Positions 28,251-38,495 of a DNA stretch of 64,000 nucleotides are shown here, piece after piece. Location: positions 96,001-160,000 of the forward strand of contig CAVSGG010000008.1 of NCBI GenBank assembly GCA_963727455.1, in the 5' to 3' direction. Position 1 is the first letter of the stretch. The number at the start of each line of letters is the position of its first letter. Made by a program: the position numbers and the translations under genes. A model generated the notes under the pieces. It had not been told where the DNA came from and did no database searches. It saw only the letters and a program-made list of their open reading frames with translations. The stretch is from Candidatus Krumholzibacteriota bacterium. Its GTDB lineage: Bacteria; Krumholzibacteriota; Krumholzibacteriia; JAJRXK01.

Positions 28251-28604
28251 TCAGCGAGCCTCCACGATTCGAAGCGTGCTTCCTTGGATCCATTTCACGA
28301 GTCGCTGCCAGAGACTCTTCATCAACGAAGAATCGTCCGAGCTGGAACTCGTCGGAGCCCAGACTGACAGGTTTCCCCCCGTCAACTCATCGGGATCTCC
28401 ATTTTGCGTGGTCGGAGTATCCTGGATGAAAATTCCACCATGGCTTCCGGTCGATCCCCCTGGGCTCGGCGCGGGGTTGTATACGCTGTTGTCGCAATCG
28501 ACTCGCAACGAAATTTCCGCGGCAGCGGCCGGCATCACCATCCACGTCATCGTGCAGATCAAAAGAGCGATTCCAATCGTGAGGCGCTTGCTCTTGCTCA
28601 TCAT
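28251..28604 (-). CDS. Small secreted pre-protein / candidate signalling pro-peptide
   Basis: GAGGAG RBS; Sec signal (KSKR-hydrophobic-AAAA); Gly/Ser/Pro-rich linker, GDPDEL, C-terminal amphipathic helix. Confidence 0.7.
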   Translation of the reverse strand: MMSKSKRLTIGIALLICTMTWMVMPAAAAEISLRVDCDNSVYNPAPSPGGSTGSHGGIFIQDTPTTQNGDPDELTGGNLSVWAPTSSSSDDSSLMKSLWQRLVKWIQGSTLRIVEAR

Positions 28605-28710
28605 GGCCAAATCTCCTCAGGCAATCTTGCTCGGCTCAGGCGGTAAGGCCGCAGATTGCCTCCGGCAGACCTAAATCTGTGTTGTGGATCATACCACAAA
28701 TCTAGGATAC

Positions 28711-28740
28711 ACAATACGTAGGAGCAACGCACGGGGTCAA
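28711..28740 (-). promoter_or_regulatory. Sigma70-type promoter of the peptide/activator pair
   Basis: TTGACC-N18-TATTGT. Confidence 0.55.
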
Positions 28741-28758
28741 GCGCCCCGGACCAGCTCA

Positions 28759-30123
28759 TCAGCTTGAGGTCCTCAAGCCGTAGCGCTGGATCTTCTTGTA
28801 CAAATTGCTGCGCTGCATTTGCAGTTCCTCGGCGGTTCGGCTCACGTTGTAGCCGAATTCCCGTAGCTTCCCCTGCAGGAAGATGGCCTCGCTGGCCGCC
28901 TTGAAATCGTTGAAAGTGGGGCTCGAGAAGACGTCCTCGTGCTCCCGCTTACTCCCACCCTCGCCGGCCAGGACGCTCAAGTCCTCCTCGTGAATCGTCT
29001 CGTCCGGCGCGACGATCGCCAACCGTTCCGCCAGATTTCTCAATTCACGGACATTCCCGCGCCAGGGCTGCCGTTTGAGCAGTGCCATGACCCCCCGATC
29101 GACTCCCTTGACCTTCTGCCCCATCTCCAGTGCGGCGCTCCGGAGGAAGTGAAGGAAGAGACTTTCGATGTCCTCAGGTCGTTCCCGCAAGGGGGGCAAG
29201 TGGATCTGGATGACGTTGAGGCGGTAAAAGAGGTCCTGCCGGAAGCCGGTGCTTTCATCGCTCAGCTCACGGTTCGTGGCCGAGATTACCCGCACGTCGA
29301 CGTGGATGAGATCCTGTCCCCCGACTCTCTCGAAGGTGGAGGTTTCCAGAGCCCGCAAGACCTTGGCCTGTGCGGCCTGGCTCATGTCGCCGATCTCGTC
29401 CAGGAAGAGAGTCCCCTGGTCCGCTCGTTCGAACTTTCCCAGTCGCCGCCGTTCGGCCCCGGTGAACGCGCCCCTTTCGTGTCCGAAGAGCTCGCTCTCG
29501 ATGAGGTCATCGGGAATCGCGGCGCAGTTCAGCTCCACGAAGGGGCCGCTGGCGCGCGCCGAGCGGGCGTGGATGGCACGGGCCAGAAGTTCTTTGCCGG
29601 TTCCGTTCTCCCCGGTGATGAGAACCCTCGCGGGTGTCGGGGCGACTTTCTCCAGCAACTCCTTCACGTGATGAATCGAAGGGCCGTCGCCGATGATCTC
29701 GCCGCCGCGGGCGGAGGATTCGGCAAGCTCCCGATTGGCTCGCTTCAGTCGCGAGTGCTCCTGGGCCTTCTGCACGCGGACCTTCAGAGCCTCACGCTTG
29801 AACGGCTTTTCCAGGAAGTCGTAGGCGCCCCGTCGGATGGCTTCCACTGCGTTCGCCACTGCCTCGTGCGCAGAGATCACCACCACCGGCACTTCGAGCC
29901 CCTCGTTCTGCATCACCTTCATGACTTCGAAGCCGTCCATGCCGGGCATCTTGACGTCCAGCAATAGGACTTCACAGACACCTTTGCGCAATTCCCGGAG
30001 AGCGTGCGGACCGTCCTCGGCTTCGGCCACTTCAAAACCGTCGTACTCCAGAACTTGCCGCACCATCGCGCGCAGTCCTGAATCGTCGTCCGCAATGAGG
30101 ATTCGGCCCTTCTTGGAATCCAC
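28759..30123 (-). CDS. NtrC/NtrX-family sigma54 response regulator
   Basis: Receiver (ADDD, LDVKMP), GENGTGKE, GAFTGA, HTH SNLYKK. Confidence 0.93.
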   Translation of the reverse strand: MDSKKGRILIADDDSGLRAMVRQVLEYDGFEVAEAEDGPHALRELRKGVCEVLLLDVKMPGMDGFEVMKVMQNEGLEVPVVVISAHEAVANAVEAIRRGAYDFLEKPFKREALKVRVQKAQEHSRLKRANRELAESSARGGEIIGDGPSIHHVKELLEKVAPTPARVLITGENGTGKELLARAIHARSARASGPFVELNCAAIPDDLIESELFGHERGAFTGAERRRLGKFERADQGTLFLDEIGDMSQAAQAKVLRALETSTFERVGGQDLIHVDVRVISATNRELSDESTGFRQDLFYRLNVIQIHLPPLRERPEDIESLFLHFLRSAALEMGQKVKGVDRGVMALLKRQPWRGNVRELRNLAERLAIVAPDETIHEEDLSVLAGEGGSKREHEDVFSSPTFNDFKAASEAIFLQGKLREFGYNVSRTAEELQMQRSNLYKKIQRYGLRTSS

Positions 30124-30138
30124 TGTCTCTCCCCACGC

Positions 30139-30528
30139 TCAGAGAAGAAAATCCTCGAGTTCCTGAGCTTGCGGACCGGCGGGGCCGCGAGCCGCGAGAC
30201 TCGGGTTCTCGCTCAAGTTCAGCCAGCGCTGCAAGAAACTCTGCAACTCGAACTCAACCGTTCCAGCGCCGGCAGGCGCCCAGCGGTACACCCGCTGTCT
30301 GCCCTTGGTCTCCACGGCCAAGAGTCCGCAACGGCGGAGGATCCCCAGATGATGGGAGACCCGCGGTTGCGCAGCACCGAGTTGTCGGCAGATCTCAGAA
30401 ACCGACGCCGGCTCCTCGGCCACGAAGCTCAAGATTCGCAGGCGGAGATCGTCGCCGACTGCGGAGAGCAGCGCTGCCAAAGCGGCCTCGCCGCGCGTCT
30501 TGGTTCCTTCTATACTCTTCTTGGCCAT
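30139..30528 (-). CDS. ArsR/SmtB family HTH transcriptional regulator
   Basis: LRLRIL..SVSEICRQLGAAQPRVSHHLGILRRCGLL..GRQRVY. Confidence 0.85.
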   Translation of the reverse strand: MAKKSIEGTKTRGEAALAALLSAVGDDLRLRILSFVAEEPASVSEICRQLGAAQPRVSHHLGILRRCGLLAVETKGRQRVYRWAPAGAGTVEFELQSFLQRWLNLSENPSLAARGPAGPQAQELEDFLL

Positions 30529-30608
30529 CTCGTTCCGCGCTTCTACTACGAGTTTCGTAGCAACTTGATCCCTAGTTCCACTCAGTGTCAAGTGATCGCG
30601 AGCCCAGA

Positions 30609-31664
30609 ATGAACCCTCGCCTGCACGATCTCAGCCCCGAAGAACTCGAGGAACTCCTCGGCCGCTTGGGCGAGCCCTCCTATCGAGGCCGACAGCTCGC
30701 CCACGGTCTCTATAAGAGGAGAGTTCGATCGATCGAGGAGCTGAGCGATTTGCCGTTTAGCCTCAGAATGCGGTTGTCTGCCGAACATGGCTTCACGCAA
30801 TTGCGCCAGGTGGGCCAGACTCCGGCCGCCGACGGGACGGTCAAGCACCTCTTCGAGCTCTGGGATCGCCAGCGCATCGAATCGGTGTCCATCGAAATGG
30901 AGAAGGGCCGCCGAACCTTCTGCCTCTCCAGCCAGGTGGGCTGCAAGATGGCGTGCCTCTTCTGCGCCACCGCCCGCATGGGCCTTAAAAGACAACTCAG
31001 CCCGGGTGAGATCGTGGCGCAGGTGCTCGCGCTCAGCCGAATCCATCCCACCCGTCGCCAGGCCAACCTGGTGTTCATGGGGATGGGAGAACCCCTCGAC
31101 AACTTCGACAATCTGCAGAGCGCACTGAGAATCCTCTCGCACAGGAAGGCACTGGATATCGGCGCGCGACACATCACGATCTCCACCAGCGGTCCCCTGG
31201 AGGGAATGCGTCGGCTTCAGGAACTCGAGCGGCCGTATGGGCTCGCGTTGTCCCTGACCACCGCGTCCCCCGAAGGCCGGCGACGACTGATGCCGGTGGC
31301 GGGAAGCGAAGCCATCGAGGAGATCGTGGCACTGGCCGCCGCCCACGGACGCCGCACGGGGCGCAAGGTGACGCTCGAGTGCGTTCTGATTTCCGGCGAG
31401 AACGACAGCGAAGACGACGCACGGGCTCTCGCGGGGTTCGCCCGGAGTGGTCCCTTCAAGGTGAACCTGATTCCCCTCAACGAAATCGACGGCTTCTTTG
31501 GAAAGCGGCCGGCGGCAGATGGGGTGAAGCGCTTCGCGGATCGGCTGTGGCGTGCGGGGATCGTATGTACCGTTCGTGATAGTGCCGGGCGAGAAGTCGC
31601 TGCCGCATGCGGTCAGCTGGTGCAGAAAAGCAAGCGATCCGCCCCCTCCAGCTCGCGCGTCTAG
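30609..31664 (+). CDS. rlmN: 23S rRNA m2A2503 / tRNA methyltransferase RlmN
   Basis: CLSSQVGCKMACLFC radical SAM motif, FMGMGEP, AACGQL. Confidence 0.93.
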   Translation: MNPRLHDLSPEELEELLGRLGEPSYRGRQLAHGLYKRRVRSIEELSDLPFSLRMRLSAEHGFTQLRQVGQTPAADGTVKHLFELWDRQRIESVSIEMEKGRRTFCLSSQVGCKMACLFCATARMGLKRQLSPGEIVAQVLALSRIHPTRRQANLVFMGMGEPLDNFDNLQSALRILSHRKALDIGARHITISTSGPLEGMRRLQELERPYGLALSLTTASPEGRRRLMPVAGSEAIEEIVALAAAHGRRTGRKVTLECVLISGENDSEDDARALAGFARSGPFKVNLIPLNEIDGFFGKRPAADGVKRFADRLWRAGIVCTVRDSAGREVAAACGQLVQKSKRSAPSSSRV

Positions 31665-31701
31665 GGCGAAAGTAGCGCCACCCAATTCTCGCAGAATCGG
31701 A

Positions 31702-33360
31702 TCAGGAGTGAGTCTGCGCCGCGAGTTCTTTGGGAACCACGCGCCGGTGGAAGGAACCGAAGCGGCTGCCGATCACGCACCCATAACCCAAACTCAGGGC
31801 CAAGAACTTCAGAACGAGGTCCACGTTGCGCGCCAACGCCATTCCCTCTCCTCCCGGAGAGAAGATCAATGCGAAGACCACCAAGAAGATGGCCGGACCT
31901 TCCAGCACGATGAGACCCAGGAGGATGCTCTGCCAGCTGAGGGGCTCGCTGCCCGGGCGTAGCGCGCGGAGAATACGCTCACCTAGCAGACGGCAGGTGA
32001 CGAAATAGGCCGCGAGCACCAGGGCCGCGAGGATCGCTCCGAGCAGTACCACCACCGGAATTCCGATGATGGTGAGCGCTAGAGTGAAGGAGAGAATCAG
32101 GAAGAGAAAAAGCGTGACGAGGAGCCAGACCATTCCCGAGGCGAAGGGCCGCACCAGCCCACCATGGCACTGCGCGCACATCAGGTCGAGGCGGTCGCCC
32201 ATGAGCGCCAGGAGAATCAGGGCCAACAAGGTCATGATGAGAAGCCGCAGCGCGAGCATGACGATGTTCAAATAGGGTGCCGCCTCACGGACTCCCTGTA
32301 CACCAGGGATCAGACGACCGAAGTCGATTTCCTGGCCCTTGATTTGGGCATCCCCCTCTCGCTGCACGTGGCCGCCGAAGCTCAGCGCATCCCCTTCGAC
32401 GATTCCTGAATCGTCGATATTGAGGTTGCCCGCCACGGCCACCGCTTTCCCCAGCACCTTCCCCGAGACGGTGAGGGACCCCCCCACTACAACCACGTCC
32501 CCCTGCACCAGTTCGTCTTCGCTCACGTGAAAGTCGGATCCCATCTTGAAGACCGATCGTCCGATGACTTTCCACTGCTTTGGCCGCTTGTGCTTGCCCA
32601 GATTCCCGAACAGGATCCGCGGACCCTTTCCGTCTTGAGTGTAGTGCTGGAGATTCCGACCCAGCTCCTGCAGCATCGAATCCGACAACACCCGGCCCAG
32701 TTCCTGGTTAAAAGCCATCACTCCGGATTTGAGGTTTTCCTGAACCTCCGCGGGAATCTGGACGTCGATATACCCGCCACCCTCAGTGGCCAGACGAAAA
32801 CGCTCCGCGCTGATCTCCAGCTGTACCTGTCCCAACTTCTGTCCCAGCTCCTGGCTGACCTCTCCGAGCTGACCCAGAAGTTCTCCGAGGTCCTTGTTGA
32901 AACTCGTCCAATCTCCTCGCTGCGCTGAATCGTGGATCTGTTGTTCGAGCTCATTGAGCTGGGGATCTCCCTCGTGCGCGAGGGAAGAGCTTTTGCGCCG
33001 CGCAGCTCGCAGCGCCGTGACTCTGGCCTCCAGCTGGCGGACCGCCTGGACCAGACTGTCGCGCTCCGCTTTTTCGTGGGTGCGGGAAAGCTGAGTGGAG
33101 GCTTCAAAGAGGAGACGATACAGCTCGGCGGCGCTCTGAAAAGTCTCGGCGGAGTCGGCCTCGGCCTGCACGCTCACGGTGAACTGCGTACTGTCGGTAT
33201 CTGCATCGGCAGAGGTGGCCTGAGCACTGCCCCAAAACGACAAAACCAGGACCAGGCAAACGCCGAGCCCCAGCAGAGTCCCCGCGCGGGAAACTCCGGT
33301 TTCGAAATCAATGGGGATAAGAGGGCCGCTCCGTATGTGCCGGAGCACCAGTTCAAGCAT
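31702..33360 (-). CDS. Membrane protein with coiled coil, bactofilin-like beta-helix and multi-TM C-terminus
   Basis: Repeats GDVVVVGGSLTVSGKVLGKAVAVAGNL..GDALSFGG; C-terminal TMs; third gene of the ECF operon. Confidence 0.7.
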   Translation of the reverse strand: MLELVLRHIRSGPLIPIDFETGVSRAGTLLGLGVCLVLVLSFWGSAQATSADADTDSTQFTVSVQAEADSAETFQSAAELYRLLFEASTQLSRTHEKAERDSLVQAVRQLEARVTALRAARRKSSSLAHEGDPQLNELEQQIHDSAQRGDWTSFNKDLGELLGQLGEVSQELGQKLGQVQLEISAERFRLATEGGGYIDVQIPAEVQENLKSGVMAFNQELGRVLSDSMLQELGRNLQHYTQDGKGPRILFGNLGKHKRPKQWKVIGRSVFKMGSDFHVSEDELVQGDVVVVGGSLTVSGKVLGKAVAVAGNLNIDDSGIVEGDALSFGGHVQREGDAQIKGQEIDFGRLIPGVQGVREAAPYLNIVMLALRLLIMTLLALILLALMGDRLDLMCAQCHGGLVRPFASGMVWLLVTLFLFLILSFTLALTIIGIPVVVLLGAILAALVLAAYFVTCRLLGERILRALRPGSEPLSWQSILLGLIVLEGPAIFLVVFALIFSPGGEGMALARNVDLVLKFLALSLGYGCVIGSRFGSFHRRVVPKELAAQTHS

Positions 33361-34009
33361 GAGTCCCCTTGTCCCGGAGGCGACGGCGACCCAGGCTCAT
33401 CAGCGCGTAGACCAAAGCTGCGAACGCGAGCCCCAAGACGAGCGTGACTACCGCCGACCCCCAAGTTCGGTTCCAATGAGCAACGAAACTTATCGACGAA
33501 TGGCAAGCCGCGGCCAAGAAGGAGACCAGCCGCGAGAGCAATGGCACGTGCACCGTTTTCTCCGCCCAGAAATCGAGAGCATCACGCACCGCCAGCGCTC
33601 CCCCTCCCACCGCGCGCTGCAAGAAACTATGACTCACCAATAAGAACAGGGAGTACGCCACCGTGAGTGCGGCGACCCCGGACCGGAAGAGACCCAAACT
33701 CCTCACGAGGAATCCCGGCATCTTCGAACCCAGGATCAACACCGGGAGCGCGCGCCGGGGCGCGCCTGCGTATTTCGCGTAGGGCACGGCCTGCAGAACT
33801 CTAGCATCGAACTGCGGCGATGGCTCGTCGCGCGGGTCTTTCTCCAGTAGCTCGAAGAGACTGCGATATTCCGCTAGGGCACCCGCCAAGGCGGGATCTT
33901 TCTCGGCCTGAAGAAAGAGTCGCGTGGCGTCGCGACCCTGAAGATCTCCGTCAAGGTAGCGCTGGAGCAGCTGATCCACGTTTTCCTCGAGCCGCTGCGT
34001 GTCACTCAT
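33353..34009 (-). CDS. Anti-sigma factor (membrane-bound)
   Basis: LLQRYLDGDL...EPSPQFDARVL then TM helices; directly downstream of the ECF sigma. Confidence 0.75.
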   Translation of the reverse strand: MSDTQRLEENVDQLLQRYLDGDLQGRDATRLFLQAEKDPALAGALAEYRSLFELLEKDPRDEPSPQFDARVLQAVPYAKYAGAPRRALPVLILGSKMPGFLVRSLGLFRSGVAALTVAYSLFLLVSHSFLQRAVGGGALAVRDALDFWAEKTVHVPLLSRLVSFLAAACHSSISFVAHWNRTWGSAVVTLVLGLAFAALVYALMSLGRRRLRDKGTHA

Positions 34010-34081
34010 GATGACCTCCACTGCGATGCCTCGCCCAACTCTGTGTTTTCGTACTACATTGCTTCATGCAGTATTCATACC

Positions 34082-34666
34082 TCAAGGAAGGAGACGCGAC
34101 GCCATGCGACGCTTGACGAGTTTCTCCTTCATCATGGCTCTCGCGCGATGGATCCGGGCCTTGACCGTACCCAACGGGAGTTCCAGCATCCCGGCAATCT
34201 CCTCGTAGCTGAGCTGCTCCTGATGCCGCAAAACGATGATCGCGCGATAGTGCGGCGGGAGTTCATCAGTCAGCTCTCGCAGCAACTTCCCTACTTCACG
34301 CTGGTGCAATTCTTCGTCGGGCGGCAGAGCTTCATCAGGGAGCTGCCGCTCGATCTCTTCGCCTCGATAGTGAACCGGCTCATCCAGACGCAGCAGCTTG
34401 ACGCGATGCTTGCGAATGAAGTCGATGCACTGGTTCGCGGCGATCTTGAATACCCAGCTGCGAAACGCGTAGCGATCGTCGTAACGTTCGAGCATCGAGA
34501 ACACTTTGATGAAAACATCCTGAGCCATGTCCTCGGCATCATCCCGGTTCTTCAACATGCGAAGACACAGGTTGAAGACCGGTGCCCGATAGCGTCGAAG
34601 CAGCTCGGCAAACGCGCTCTGCTCTCCACGCCGGGCCCGGGCGATCACCAGGCGATCCTTTTCCAA
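34082..34666 (-). CDS. ECF RNA polymerase sigma factor (SigW/RpoE-like)
   Basis: DAEDMAQDVFIK, FRSWVFKIAANQCID, LSYEEIA..LPLGTVKARIHRAR; start uncertain (34666 or 34705). Confidence 0.92.
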   Translation of the reverse strand: MEKDRLVIARARRGEQSAFAELLRRYRAPVFNLCLRMLKNRDDAEDMAQDVFIKVFSMLERYDDRYAFRSWVFKIAANQCIDFIRKHRVKLLRLDEPVHYRGEEIERQLPDEALPPDEELHQREVGKLLRELTDELPPHYRAIIVLRHQEQLSYEEIAGMLELPLGTVKARIHRARAMMKEKLVKRRMASRLLP

Positions 34667-34770
34667 AGTGCCTACCCCCGCGGACGGCGTCCCTCGAAAG
34701 CCCACGCAGCCGCGCTGTCACAAGAGCTGCGGCGAGAGGAGCTTGGCCCGCCAAGTGGCACACCTCTCCG

Positions 34771-34797
34771 TACGCCGAAGCCCTCTGGCTTGTTTCA
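34771..34797 (-). promoter_or_regulatory. ECF (SigW-type) autoregulatory promoter
   Basis: TGAAAC-N17-CGTA upstream of the ECF gene. Confidence 0.6.
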
Positions 34798-34813
34798 CAG
34801 ACGAACCCTCTGA

Positions 34814-36716
<1,903 letters not shown>

Positions 36717-36720
<4 letters not shown>

Positions 36721-36745
36721 CACTCGGGGGATTCCTCGCTAGTTT
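36717..36745 (+). promoter_or_regulatory. Sigma70 promoter of the tRNA
   Basis: TTGACA-N17-TAGTTT. Confidence 0.7.
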
Positions 36746-36761
36746 GCCGCCCTGGAATTGG

Positions 36762-36838
<77 letters not shown>

Positions 36839-36840
36839 TC

Positions 36841-36878
36841 AGGGGGCAGTCGTGAAAGCGGCTGCCCCTTCTTCTCTT
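36841..36878 (+). terminator. Intrinsic terminator after the tRNA
   Basis: GGGGCAGTCG..CGGCTGCCCC stem followed by TTCTTCTCTT. Confidence 0.7.
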
Positions 36879-37048
36879 GGATTCCCCCCTCGTCCTGCAT
36901 ACATTTTCCGCTGCCGCGGGGCAGATGGGGCCGAGGGGACCTTCCCCGGAACCTCGTGAATCACCTGCCGCGACAACATGACACGTGGTCGAAGGCGGCT
37001 TTTGCGCCAAGTGTCTCGCAAAGCCAGCCGTCCCGCATTAACCCATAG

Positions 37049-38407
<1,359 letters not shown>

Positions 38408-38435
38408 TCGGATTGAGTACATTGGGTTAGAGTGG

Positions 38436-38465
38436 ATCGAGGGGTGCCCCCGGGCGCCCCTCGAT
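38436..38465 (+). terminator. Hairpin after gdhA
   Basis: ATCGAGGGGTGCCC..GGGCGCCCCTCGAT long stem. Confidence 0.6.
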
Positions 38466-38495
38466 TCGTTCCATCCTCGACGCACAAGAGACGGT

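Noticed and set aside
28670-28706. Resemblance to tandem NrdR boxes
   Set aside because: Core consensus positions mismatch and no ribonucleotide reductase gene is adjacent.
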